From Bigelowiella natans CCMP2755 (lineage: Eukaryota > Protista > Cercozoa): DNA of 64,000 bases. Position numbers and translations under genes: made by a program. The DNA is taken from contig ADNK01001434.1 of NCBI GenBank assembly GCA_000320545.1, positions 62,001-126,000 of the forward strand, read 5' to 3'. Shown piece after piece: positions 13,327-27,180 of this stretch; positions within the stretch are counted from its first letter, which is position 1; the number at the start of each line of letters is the position of its first letter. Below the pieces are notes generated by a model that made no database searches, was not told the DNA's origin, and worked only from the letters and a program-made list of their open reading frames with translations.

Positions 13327-14397
13327 CTAGCTGCGTGCGCGTTACAAGTGGCCGATGACAATGCATACGACTAGACCCGATCGTCACGCTCAAAACAATA
13401 AATAATGATTGATACATCACATATGTAATGCATGCTAGCGTAGCATGCTAGCATGCCTAGCTAGGTTGTGCATGCTAGCATGTACTGCATTTCACATTTA
13501 GTCACTGCAGCAAAGCAAGACGGTCAGTGCAGTTAGCTAGATCGGATGATTTCCGACGCTGTGTTAGCAGCAGTTGCACCTGAATACTAGCTAGCTAGGA
13601 ATGGCGCTTGGTAGCCCTCACTAGCTGCAGTCATGAGCCAATGGAGCCGCGTATGGCCGTAGCTGTGATTCATGGCGTGCAAGCGCGCATACTAGCATGG
13701 ATGTTTTTTATATTCAGAATTATTGTTGCGAAGGACTCATCTAGTCATTATCATGCACGTGGAGTCAACTATGGTCCTAGTCGTTATTGATGCACGTCTA
13801 GCTAGCATAGCGTACGCCGTTTAATCATACGTAGCCAGGCAGTCTGCCATGCTGCTACTATGTATGACATCAGATCCGAACATAGCTAGATAGCAACGTG
13901 GCGTAAATACCGATTATTGCACGCAACACAGATTTACATCACCTTCACCGTAGTGATATATCGAAAGTTGTGATAGATGTAATTAGAACAATTAGTGCAC
14001 ATTCTACTTTTCACTTGTTGCAACCCTAAGATTTGTTTACTGTTATATCGATAAGAATCCTGTGGTCGGTGATCCTTGTCGCAATAACAATAGCGGCTGC
14101 TACGGCAGCAGGAGGGGGAGAGCAAGGATTCCGAGGTAATAAATATGACGACAAGGGATATCTCACAATTATGAGTATTACTTCTACACTGGTTTCTTTC
14201 TTCTAAGGTAAAGCTGCTCATACGGGCACTGCTGCAAAACGGTTGATTTATCGACGATGGAGCTCGTATGCATGATGGATGGACCCCTCCACTATTCACA
14301 TCCCCCTCGCCCCTCACCGTTATGCATTCACTTCAGAAATAGGAGTTAGTTGCAGCTGGGGCGTCTAGGGCGTGGTTGTAGCGACAGCGTCGTCAAA

Positions 14398-17135
14398 TCA
14401 AACGCTATCTAATATACGGTCCCAGGCCTCCTTCCTGTGCTTCTTCTTCGCTTCGTTTTTCGTAACATCGGCGTCGAAGATCTTCAAGCACTACGTATAA
14501 CAATAATGCCCAAATATCACAACACACACCACCGCCGCCACCACCAACAACAACACATACTACTACTACTACTACTACAACAACAACAACAATGGGCTGA
14601 CGTATGCGCCACAGTGCTACTACCTGTTCTACTAGGTGGGAGTCTATATCGACAAATATCTTGAGAACGTTTAGCGTTAATGTGCTCACGGTCTGGTTCC
14701 AGTGGTTCTGAGAGTTTATGTGCAAAGCTGCACATCGAACAACCAACAACACCCAACAAAGAATTAGAAGAAGAAGAAGAAGAAGAAGAAGAAGAAGAAG
14801 AAGAAGCAACCCATAACAACTCAGCACCAACCAACGATAGGAAAGAGAAGGATGGGGAGAGAGGAGCAAGAGGAGGAGGAGGAGGAGGAGTGGAAATCTC
14901 ACCCACGCCACGTAGCTATGATTAATATCTACTTGTTTTGGATATCCCCCCCCCCCTCTCTGGGGCTGACAAAACCTGGGTAGATGATAGGCAGGATCTC
15001 CTTCCGGTAGTCGGCAATCAAGCTGGATATGTACTCGTTGTGCCAGAAGAAAAGCGCACGTTCTGCGATCTAGTAGTAGGGAAAATTGTATTCAATAAAC
15101 AAGTAGAAATCTTTATATACATTGATAATTTTACATATGTATATATATATATATATATATATATGCATCTAATTTATTCCTGAGCGGTAGCCATCACACT
15201 TCCCCCCCCTCATCATAATCATCATCACCACCACTTGCCTCAACCTTATCAGCAGGCAAGAAAGAAATACTGATAACAATCATAAGCACAGGTAGGTAGT
15301 AGACAATAACAATAATACCTGGAAGTGAGGGCTCCCAATTGCCTTTCCGATACGCTTAAAGAGCGGTTTGAAGATCATCTCGAATTCCTCCGGCTGCGTG
15401 AGTTCCAAGACCTCCTCCAGCTCGTTGAGGAAGAGCAGCTCCTTACTACTATTTAGCACCGGCCAGAACTTGAGGAGTCCTAGGATGGCCTCGGTGGCGA
15501 GGGTGTGGTCCTTATCGACGAACTGTGTCACGCAGTACGACAGCTGCCTGTGGAAGACGTGCAGAGGCTTCACCTTGTGCATCGGGATCAGCGCGGTCTT
15601 GAAGAACTGCTTGTGCTCAGCTTTCAGAGGGAGCGCGAAACCGTTGATTATGCTCCCTTGGAAATGAGGAGGAGGAGGAGGAGGAGGAGGAGGGGGAAGG
15701 GAGAGAGACAGAGAAACAGGGGGTGTTAAAAGTCGAAATTAGAGCAGGACTTCCAAGGTGTTATATCGAAATATCTATAACATATATTATTCTTGCTCTT
15801 CCCTCTCTATTAAGTGTTGATTATGTGAGGTTGTGGAAATGAGTGTGCTGGCGGGAAAGTGGAGAAAGTTTAGTAGTAGTAGTAGTAGTAGTAGTAGCTG
15901 TAGTAGTAGCTGGTACGAAACAACACGAACCAAGAATCTCCAGCAATTCTGCGACACCGTTATGCCTCTCAGTCTCATAGATGAAGTTGTAGAACGTCGT
16001 GTTGATTGATTTCCGGATATGAGCTGTAACAATTTTATTTACACCAACCCACGTAGTAGAGAGAAATCAAAATGTCATAGGATTCATTCAGAAATAAGGA
16101 GGAGTAGGAGGGGAGGAGGAAGAGAAGGGGGAGGAGGGATTGGAAGGAAGGGGGGAACGAGCGATCCTTTTAGGCATATATATGAAGAAAAAGTCAACGA
16201 ACCTCGAAGCATCATGAACTTGGCGTACACTCTATGCAGAATAGTCTTGAGATAGTCGCGCTCGCGGGGGTCCTCCGAATCGAAGAGCTCCAGCAAGTTG
16301 TTGACGAAATCGATCGTTATAAACTTCCTCATAAGCCGAACTTCCAAATCCCCCGACACGATGAACCGTAAGAAAAACTCGTAGACGATCTGAAGATGAG
16401 GCCATGCAACCTCAAAGACGGGCTCTTCCTCCTCCGGGTCAATCATATTCTGGTGGACCTGAGCAGTGCGTGCGCGCATGCGGGTTAGCAACAAAAAAAG
16501 GAAAAATATTACGGTTTTGTCGGTGCAACCTTGTATCGAATCGGTTAGTAGTACCATTCATGGGACAACACTCATGACACAATATTCGCAAGTCACTCGT
16601 ATCTTCCCGAAGTAATACCACTACTTTATGATTGTCAAAGTGAGGAAGAAGACCGACCTTTGGTGGGAGATTTCTAAACAGGTTGATGCGCACCATCTTC
16701 ATAATTTCCACGACGACGTGTTCCGAGAACACTGCCTTGGACTTTCCAACGAAATCAACAAGTTCTAGCAACAATTGTCTTTTCACCTCTATCCCTCTGG
16801 AATCTATTTGGGACTGTTGCTCTCCGTCTTTTGACCAATCAAACATTACGCAGCACAATCGGAGTTTTTCGATGAAGAGCCGAACGCGTCCGTTTTGCGG
16901 CGTCTCTTGAAATGTTGGGCTTGGTTTAAGGAGATCTTTAATTGTCATGGGGGCCTTATCAATATTTTAATATTCACATCAGGATCCACGACGAGGGCGG
17001 AGGAAGGAACAACAGCTTAGTATTCACAACTCACCACATTTTCTGCGCGCGTACTATTCTTTGTCGGGCTCTTTGCGTCGTTCATATTTCTGCTTTTGGG
17101 TTGGGCACTCTCTTTCTTTGAGGCATGCTGTCCCT
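14398..17135 (-). CDS. PPP2R5: Protein phosphatase 2A regulatory subunit B' (B56); 5' end uncertain and may extend further upstream
   Basis: [61 protein letters not shown]...[32 protein letters not shown]. Last exon reads CLKIFD...[10 protein letters not shown]. Confidence 0.96.
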
Positions 17136-18595
17136 GCAAATAGGAAAAAGTGAAATACTACCGTATCAACGAAACGGAAATCTCATTCTCTTACCTTTTT
17201 CTTGAACTTAAAAATCTGCTTTACTGCTGCTTTCATTTAACTGCAATTCGAACCCAAATGGGATACACGAATAACTTAAACAACCGCTTCCGTATATCAC
17301 AGCGCCACAGCTCCAGTTTTGAGTACCGGGGGGGGGCTTACAGTTTTCCTGCGAGGATAAATTGAGCAGGCTCCTGAGGAATCGGAGAAAAGGAACATAG
17401 GGGCAAGTTAGCCAAGAATGAAGGGACATTATGAAAGGTTGAAGTAACTTCGCTACTGGAATTCTGCTATCCAAATCAGAATTCAACAACTGGTTCAAAC
17501 ATTAGAGCTCTGCCATCTACACTCGTTGATGAACATGATACTTGAGTATTCTGCGGGAAAACTTGCGAATAGGTGAAAAATAATGCAGCAAGCAACTCCC
17601 CAGCCCACTGCACTTCAAAAATGAATCATGCGGAAGACGTTCATGTGTACAAGGTTTGGGATTGGACAATATCCACGGACGTTGCAAACGACGGAGCCTT
17701 ATGGGGGGTTCACAGATGCGTTTAATCGTCCAAAGGTAATTATAAGATACAAATTCTGACGATCGTAGAACAATTTTCAAGAAATGAAGATAGAAATGCA
17801 CGAATATTGCACAGATATTCCTCAATACTCCTTTAAATGGATGTCCAATTTTGCGTGTTGCAGCAGATTCAGAAATCTCTCGTTTTAACTTAAAGAATTG
17901 GAGAGTTTGGATTGCTTTTTTGCAATAAGACAAACGATTATCGGGCTATTTTCCACATCAAAAAAATGGCTTGGCCAACAGGAGAATCACCCCTAATGTA
18001 CAACCCAAATTTCCAAGACGACTCAGTAGAAAATTCTCATGTTTAACAATATTGCCAAATCCTAAAATGTTGGCTTCTTGGGATGGCGATACGACTGGGA
18101 CAGTCCGAGACACATATTATTATTGCCGGTAGATCTATTCGGAAGTCCACTAGATTTGCCGACAGTTTATCTGGAAAAAAGCTCTAATTATTTTTTGTAC
18201 TGAAATCCTGGAAATCCATTTGGAAATCATCAATCGCTGGTCCATGAACTACAGGGTAGATCTAGCGAAATTACTTGGACTGCGACATCACAGGGGATCT
18301 CCAGAACTTATCTCACGTCTCGGACCGAGCTCTCGAATGGACGGCCGTTGGGGCCTCATGCACGATCATAAAGCTGCCATCTTAAAATCGCCAAATTCTA
18401 AATCGCGACGTAATTATCAGGAAAAACATATACTAGTGATGTCGTAATTAAGAATAGGATTGTCCAGTGCCATTCTGAACAAATAGCTCGGCTTTCGAAC
18501 TATCTGAATCCACGTCGCTGGGAATGGCGTGTGCGACCCCCTCTACGTAGATCGACCTTGAATCGCAATTGCCTCTGGAGGGTGGAAAATTGACC

Positions 18596-20373
18596 ATGAA
18601 TTCGCGTCCTCAGAACATTATTGTTCATGTATTCCTGGTTTTCTTCATTGTTTGCTTGGTGAGTTTGTCGTCCTCGTTCTTACATTCACATTAATGGAAA
18701 GAGCAGCGTTGACCGCTCTTTGGGGAATCTTATCTCCCTCATCTATTCCGTCACCCTTAATGCCATGGATTTCAACGAAAAATACACTTCCTGTATGTAT
18801 TATCGTCTTATTTCAACCACAAACGATCGCTGTTCGCCAGATGGTCACGATGGCGCCAAAAAGGAAAAGTCCCAACGCCATTCGCTCAGGTGGTCATCTC
18901 ACTGGAAAAACTCCCCTCCCATTAATTGAGTATCACCAAAAGCATTTCACGCATTGAAATATGGATAATTTAGGGATCTGGGAAACTCCTGTGTTCACGC
19001 CCATTCCTGGGAAGCTGAGATCAAGAGTAGACCGCTCTATGGGAGTCGACATTGGCACTCCGCAGAGAGGAGGCCGAGAGGCTGAGGAGACGATCACCAT
19101 CATGTACTACCCAACACAATTTTTCATCACTTCCCACAGCTGGCTGCAGCCATGTTTTTCTAGGAGCCCAACCCCCTTGCGCCGCACATGATCTACATTG
19201 GCTCATACGAAGCTCTTGTTTCACATATTTAAGGTGCGCTGGAGCCTGTGGCGCAGGAAAGTCAAACCTTCTCTCCGCAATCTTTGCCTCCCCATTCTCA
19301 AATTCCAAAAGACTTGGGCGCACACGCCAGGTATTATCTGTTTTATTTCTTACTGCTTTCTAGAATACATACCCACGCAGTGCTGCTGCTTCGTGTCTAC
19401 AGATTTCAGAATCGACGATGAGCTTCAGCGCAGATGGAAGGCCGATAAAGTTGAATCTAATTGACACGCCGGGGTTCGACTTCAAGACGGTGCGTTTGCG
19501 TGCGCAATCAGGATGATCGATCCACTACTGAACCCAAATGTTTTCACGCGTTCTTTCCGTTGTTCTCCGTTCTTTTTTCAGCATGGAGATGTTGTTTTCC
19601 ATCATATGAAAGAGAGAGTGGTTGATTACTCGTTATCTTTCCCCCCCCAGGGCACTCGCGAGGGCGCATTTGACATGGTCCAAGAATTCTTAGAAAGCCG
19701 ATTCAGACGTGCGTGGAACCTCGAGAGCAAGGGTCGCCGTCAACGGAAGTTTGGTGTAGGCGTCGACGCCATTCTCTACACGTTCAGGCCTAATCGAATA
19801 GATCCCGAGGACTTAGAATTCCTCCAGGTGTGATAGATAGCAAAACGATGACGACGACGACGACGACAAAAACAAGAACAACATTCAACTAATGACAAAG
19901 CAGGAGTACTGAGAAAAGGGAATTGCTTAAATATGACACAACGCTGACACATCATCACCATCATCATCGTCATCATCGTCATCATCATCATAGGTTCTCC
20001 AACGCTATGGTGCGATTGTACCCGTGGTGACGAAGGCAGATGCTCTGACCTCAGGAGACCTGGCTCTGTTCAAGCAACGCCTCGCTCACCAATTGCAGGT
20101 TGCTTATTTTCTTCTTGTTGATGGCAATCCGTCTGTCATCATCATCATCGTTGTTATATTGAAGATAGACCAATCCGTCTGTCATCATCACCATCGTTGT
20201 TATCAGAGCGCTGGAATCGAGACTTTCTGCCCCCCCCTCGCCACCGTTGCGCCTCAGTTCCAAGTGAACCCGCAGCAAAAGCAGCACCAGCAAGACTTCA
20301 GGGTAACTGGTTTACCATTTGATTTTCTTCACAAAAGCATTGCTGCTGCTGTTACGATAACTTCATGTGGGCG

Positions 20374-20404
<31 letters not shown>

Positions 20405-20873
20405 AACCATGTTAACCAATCAGCTTCCTGGCACCTCGGCTGTAAGCAATTCGCAGCTGTCTGTTCTCCGGTCCCTTCTGCTCAACGACCTGCAGAGGCT
20501 GCGACAAGTAAGGATGTGGATTATTGTGGGGAGGGAGGAGGGGTTGTCTTTTTTTGGGGCAGGAGCTGGGGGACAGGGAATGGTGCTTATTGTCGCGAAT
20601 TGCCGAATGTCAGCCATCATCATTTTATCCCTCCCCAACACTCCGCAGGTGGCATGGTGGCGATACGAGGAATTTGCCAGGAGGCGGCTTTGTAAACAGG
20701 TGGAGTGGACAAATGATGATGAATGATGATGATGATGGCGAAGAGATACAGGAAGGAAGATGGGGAGGGGAAGAAAGTCGATTGTGTTTGTAAAGAAAAA
20801 AATACTATAACCCCAATCCATCTTCTCCCTCCACTTTTCCTCTGGACGTTCGAACGCACATAAACATACACCC

Positions 20874-20917
<44 letters not shown>

Positions 20918-21498
20918 CTTTTTTCGGTGCTGTATCCGCGTGGAAAAATATTGAGATCCCGATGTGCAAAGCCCATCGATCGATGCTTTGCTACATTCCT
21001 TTTCTTTCCGAGTTTGCTCCTTCATACCCTGTCGAACGTCCGTCGTCCCTTTTCCCCTTCATTCACCAAAACATACTGGAATCATTATAATAACTAATGG
21101 TTCCGGCTTTCCAGTGGACGCAGTCGCCGCCATCGTCGTCGCCGCCGCTGCCGCATCATTCGCCACAACAGCCGTTTACTCCTCGCCGTAGTCCTCCTCC
21201 TCCTCTTCTTCCTCCTCCTCCTCTCCCCCCCCCCCCCCCCACCTGGTGCAGCCCGTAGTGGTAGTAGCGCTTTACGAAGTCGCGCGCCTCCCCACACGGC
21301 GGCGGCGGCGGCAGTAGCTGCGACTCGCACCACTGGGAACCGACATGCCTCCCCAGCATCCCCAGCGAGCAAGTTGAGTATGGTGGACAACGATGATGGT
21401 TATGATGGGGATGGCTACGGGAAGAAAGCAGCAGGCGAGCGGCGGCGACGGCAGCGGCGGCACAAAATTCAGAACGACGGCGACAAAGTCGGCCACGG

Positions 21499-21547
<49 letters not shown>

Positions 21548-21694
21548 TTGTCTCCCCCTTTCGTTTTACTCCTGTATGCCGTTTATCTGGAGATTAAGAT
21601 TATTTCCCTACTTCCGATCCTAAAACGCCGTAATGATGAGCTTTGGTGTGGTTTGTTGTCTTTTCTTCTGCTTCTTCCCTATCCTTCCTCCTCC

Positions 21695-21733
<39 letters not shown>

Positions 21734-22340
21734 GTGTGGAATTTAGTACGCCGCTGCTGATCGCACACGTCGCGTGTTAGTAAACTGCCTGCGCGTTGGA
21801 TTGGCTGGGTTCCTCGCCTATCGATATAAGATCCGTCAGGACCACAACAGCGGAAACATGACAGCCGTCAACCTCTCCCCCACGAGTTTCTTCGACACTC
21901 TTAAGAAGCTGTACTCTCCAGGCAGTCTCTCCTCATCATCATCTTCCCTTTCCCCATCCGCTACAACGAGCATTGGAACCGCAGTCTCTGCTGCGGCACC
22001 GATCTCTGCTGGCTCATCGCCCCCCCCTGCCGCTACGGCGAACACCCCACCCCCAGCATCATCATCACCATCAACAACATCAACACAGTCGGTGGGAGCG
22101 ACGGTTGCCTCTACGGCTGCAGCGAGAAGGGGCAAAGATGTCATCGGCAGCAGCAGCACGGACAAGAACAGCATGACCGACAAAAGCGGCGAAGGTGATG
22201 ACGACGCGGAAGGATTCTTCAGGAAGCGACCCTGGCTCCTTGTCTTCCCCGCCGCTTTCGGCGCGTTCGCTGCCCCAAAGGTCATTAACGATCTAAGGTG
22301 GGTTGGAAGAAGCATGTTCGATGATCTACCCCCATCCTAA
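18596..22340 (+). CDS. Divergent septin GTPase with N-terminal signal/anchor-like segment, Pro-rich tail and C-terminal hydrophobic segments
   Basis: Spliced ITIM|CAGACGAGKSNLLSAIF (G1), LNLIDTPGF (G3), VDAILYTF...DLEFLQ, IVPVVTKADALT (G4), and LRSLLLNDLQRLRQ|VAWWRYEEF (septin C-terminal helix). The first exon assignment is less certain. Confidence 0.82.
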
Positions 22341-23358
22341 GGTACACATGCAGAGAGAGAGGGAGAGAGAGAGGGGGGGGGGAGAGCAAGATGGACGGAC
22401 TTGCGATATGAATCTCGCACTATGCGGAGTAAGCGAAAAAGTGCGACCGCATTCGGATATATCATTGTACTATTAAAGGCGTGAAACATAGCATGTTCTC
22501 TAATAATTGAACATGCGGAAGAAGAGTGGCCGATATATCATGTGTGAATCAGCGCACTATATTAGCGCAAGTTACTATTGTTACATGTGCATGAATGGCA
22601 GCGTCTGGCTGTGCGTATGTGGTTAAAGCAACTTGCACATAGTGGCTAGCTAGCGATAGCGATACATCTAATAAATGTACCAGAGCCACGTCAAGCGTTG
22701 CGCATGTCTCAGCTTGTGCTCCAATCTGCGAAAGAGCGAGAATGTCAGTTTGTACACATCTCATCACACTTTATTGCCATCATTAGCATGGCGTGCAACA
22801 ATTTATCTAGGATAAATATTTGTCTAGGATAAATAAACAAATAAACCATGCGCGCTGTTTTTTAATTTTGCCCTCGCTCAGCGCATATCTAGTTATCATA
22901 TTATTGCTGTTTTTTAGCTTAGCGCCGCCTATCTAGCTATGCTGCATCATTGCATCATCTGGATTTCTGTCGTATATGGTATGCTCACAATAAAGCTATG
23001 ATATCTAGATATCTAGATATGCGCGGATATATACGGAAGAGCTAGATAGCTAGATAGTATTCTGGCATTCTGGCACGCTTGCAAACAAGCATCGTTTTAC
23101 TACGGCATTAAAGCGCTGGGATCTGCGATGTCTTCCTTATTCATCCTCATCATGATTGATTATACTATCAAAAAACTATCATTGCGTATCTGGCAAACAG
23201 CTACTTATCTCCAAGAAGATGGTTCTTAAAACATCCTCAGTCTTATTTGTGCTGAATCTTACTCACCAACCAGCCCGTCATCGCTCGCATCGTGCGGATC
23301 GTCATTCGCCGGAATCTTCGAGCCCGTCACCATGGCCGCTGACGCCTCGTTTTCCCCT

Positions 23359-23413
23359 TCACCGCTCCTTGATGTCAATGCCACCGGCATGTCTGGAGTG
23401 CGAGGGAACACAC

Positions 23414-23460
<47 letters not shown>

Positions 23461-25032
23461 CATATTTAACGCATGTCCGTGATGGAAGGGAAATTGCACG
23501 GGCAACCACGAGAAAACAGAAAACGAAGGTCTACCGTGAAAGAGCGGCAGAAATCCGTCTTTTCGTCGTACTTTGGCACCGTCAGAGATGAGTTCTGCTA
23601 CTGGTGTTATTTCTCCTAGTTCTATCTGAGAATCCTCCATTTTCTCCTCTTCCTCCTCGTCAACCATCCCCCCTCTCGTGGTGGTGCTGCTGTTCTCCTC
23701 GAGCGCACTTTTCCCTCTACGTTCCTGATACTTACTGTATGCCACGAGGAGAATCCCAGCTCCGATCATGCAGACCCCAAGAATCGTTATGCCATTCGCG
23801 GCCTGAGGTTGTTTGTTTGTTTGCTTGCTTGTGCTGCTCGGAGTGGCTATAGGAAAGGACTTCGTTGGCATGTTTTGCTCGTGGGGGGAGGGGGGGGGGG
23901 GGGGGGGGGAAATAGGAATTTGAGCTTTTAAAGACAGAATGCCCTCAAAATGCAGATACGACAATAGTACTTACCGTCTTAAAGATAACGAATTCCCAAA
24001 GATACGCAAAAGCGACGTCAGTGGAGCGGAGCAGCGCTGAAGGGCCTGCGGGTGCTTTCTGTTTCGCGAGAGGAGACGACAGCGAGTGGAAGAGAGAAAG
24101 AGACGAAGAGATACTAAGGGTAAGCGGCAAACAAAGGCAAAAGCCAACACTCGTCGATCTCGCTATATATACTGCATCTCCCCACAACCAACCTGTCCGG
24201 CGTAGTTCATCATGAAATGCCCGAAAGTTCCAAACTGTAGTAAGATGTCATTATTACCAAATTTTAGAGCAAACAATCATCGTGATCACCGCCACATCGA
24301 TACGGCGCCACAAAAGGACATTGTACTATTTCTCCCCCTCCCCCCCCCCTTCGGAGTGCTGATTTTGGCACCGCGCTGGCTACTACTACTTTATCGAGAG
24401 AGGTGATGGCGATACAGGTACCGACGACGACTATGATGCTGATGATGCATGCGTGTGGAAGGAGAAATATGAAGAAGAGGGAGTGGATTGGAGCGAACCG
24501 TGCACATTCCTGCGATGTACACCCAGCCAAGCTTAGACGGAAACGTCATCCTAGATACCTGAATGATGATGCATTTATGAGTCGAGTGTGCTCGTTTGGG
24601 GTCCATACAAGAAGAGGGGGCGAGCCATGCGTGCATGAATAAAAGTGTGTTCTCCTCTTGCTGCCTCCCCGCCTCCACCTCCCTCTCACCCCTACTCTCT
24701 CTCTATTTATTTATGTCTAGGCTCGCATGCATGAAGGCACTAACTGCAATGTTATCCCGCTGCTGCTGCTCCTCCTGCTGCTGCTGCTGATGATGATAAT
24801 GCTACAATTATACACTCACTGTGTTGGCAAGGACGAATGAGATGAGCATGCTCCCCACCACCCAGGACCACAACAGATTTAGAAGGTGAGCAGCCTTGGC
24901 CTTTCGTACGATCACGAACAGGCATCCTCCGATCAAGCTCCCTTTTTTGGTATTATTGGTGGGGGAGGGGGTGTAGATAACCATTTTGGTCAGCGAGAAG
25001 GCAAAGCCATCATGATTGCAAAAAACAAAGCT

Positions 25033-25072
<40 letters not shown>

Positions 25073-25576
25073 CATGTATCGAGCGTGGTGATAGTAAGAA
25101 GCAGCAACAGCAAAGAAGCAGACAACGACCTCCCATTGCTGTGAGATACCCGATCCAAGCATATGGGTGATGACTCTCTGCGGATGCTAATGCAAAAAGG
25201 GACAGGTGGAGAGGGAGTCAGGGCTTAGGCTTGAAGGGGGGGCGGGGGGGGGCACTTTGCAGGTAAATGGTAAGAGAAGAAAAATGAGGAGGAGTGGGAG
25301 GAGAACTATCCTCGTCATTTGCAATTTCGCCTATGTCTTTCAACTTGCACGCGCGGAGCACACAGACTGCGAGGAATCACCATGGCCACCTCCCTTATCA
25401 AACAAGAACGAGGGCTGAGCCACCAAGATCGCACCTCCTACGTGGGAGGGGGGGGGGGGGGGGATATAGAAGAGTGGATGCCGAGGAAAAAGAGGGGGAG
25501 GGGGGACCAGGAAACTTCTGGACATAGCATCTACTACTACTACTACTACTACTTCAACTTCTGCAGCTACACAACT

Positions 25577-25610
<34 letters not shown>

Positions 25611-26088
25611 CAGCGCTGAGGAGGATGGATGTTGCTTTCAGGATTGTGATAGGCTCCCCGAGCATTATTCGCGCTACGACGACCGTAACCACCTGACCTC
25701 AGGCGGTAAGATGGGAAGATCACAAGAGAATTCCACAGCAGCGGCACAAGAGGAAGTAAGCTTATCAGTGCTGCGAGTTGGGCGAAAGCGAAGCGCAGGG
25801 GGGGTGGAGGTGGTAATTAGGGTCAAGTCACCGGATATAATGAAGATAGTGATATCGCGTCTCCTACGAGAAAGATAATGTGGAAACGCGACGATGACAA
25901 CAAATGGTTAAGACAAGGTTCGACGGTGATATGGCGGTGACAATGATGATTATGATGATCATGATTGTTGTGATGACACGATTATTGGATGCATGTTTCG
26001 CGAATTTCACCACCGATGGGCAGCAGGACAATCGTGAAGAAGTAACAGCAGAATCCACAGCCCCCAAGTACCTATGTTAAAATTATTA

Positions 26089-26129
<41 letters not shown>

Positions 26130-26377
26130 CAGATGAAAGTATTAAGTGTTTATTAACTGGCGCAATTGTTAGCGAACAGTGAAAAAAAAACATAATGTTA
26201 TTACCCCACGAAGAAGAACCCACTTTCTTGTCGGGTGCTACAGATGCAAGTTGTAAATTGAAGGACAAACACGGAAATTGAAGAAACAAGTTATGGACGA
26301 CTTCTCAACCACATCAGTAATCATTGGCACTACAAACGCGACAACTATCCACTACTACTACAACAACAACAACAACA

Positions 26378-26411
<34 letters not shown>

Positions 26412-26743
26412 ACTTCTATTCCTACAACAAAGTAAGTATTCTTCCACCACCTCTCCAAACCAGGTCGGCACTTTGTAGTAAAATAGGCCGCTGAGCACTA
26501 CGACGCCTTGGGCTGTGGCTCGCATGAACACCAGCTGGAAGGCCGGGACTCCCGATTCTACGCACATATGATGATATTTTCGATGTGTAGGGGATTAATG
26601 GATGTAATGTGCGTTTCTGTGCAGTTGTTACCTGCAGCCAGCTTCACGAAGACGCCCATAACAGAGAAAAGCAAGGCACTCAAGAACATAATCGTCAGGG
26701 CCGTGGACTCAACGCCCATACCACAGCATTTCAGCACCGCCAT
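23359..26743 (-). CDS. EamA/DMT-family transporter (SLC35G-like), 10-TM type
   Basis: LSALLFSVMGVFVKLA, IPAFQLVFMR, ARIMLGEPIT, ILVAQPSFLF, FVIVRK, APAGPSALLRSTDVAFAYLWEFVIF, GITILGVCMIGAGILLV; two EamA repeats. Confidence 0.9.
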
Positions 26744-27180
26744 TGAACCTGCAGGATGTAGCAAGTCCTGGTTGAATTCTACCGAATTCTATGGAGCGGA
26801 TAGAAGAAGCGTGGGGCAACCAGGGTGCGAGCAGCTGAGGTCTGGCTGAGCCCGTCGCCTTTCTGGATTCCGAATTTCGGTCGTAATGAGCAAGCGGCAG
26901 TTTTAACTTTGTCGCAGACATAAAATGGATGGGGTTCTCGATTTCTCATGTCGAACATAAGGCCGACGACCGCAAAAACACAGAGGTTTTCCCCCGGTGC
27001 GACGCGCATCATTTCGTTGTCGCAGGGAAGACTCAGATCGCGGCAGCGAATTTTCAGAGAAAGTGAGAAAGTGCATTCGGATGTCCGTGGATGTTGTTGT
27101 CGCACTCCCAAGATTCGGAGGAGGCGCCTCCGAGGAGGAGCAGGAGCCATTCCATTCGTACGTCCCCTCTGCCAGGTGCG

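Noticed and set aside
17150-18560. Short ORFs between the B56 and septin genes
   Set aside because: No recognisable motif; they may be 5' exons or UTR of the B56 gene, but this cannot be supported from sequence alone.
19465-19490. GGTTCGACT resembling a tRNA T-loop
   Set aside because: It encodes the septin G3 motif DTPGFD, and there is no cloverleaf.
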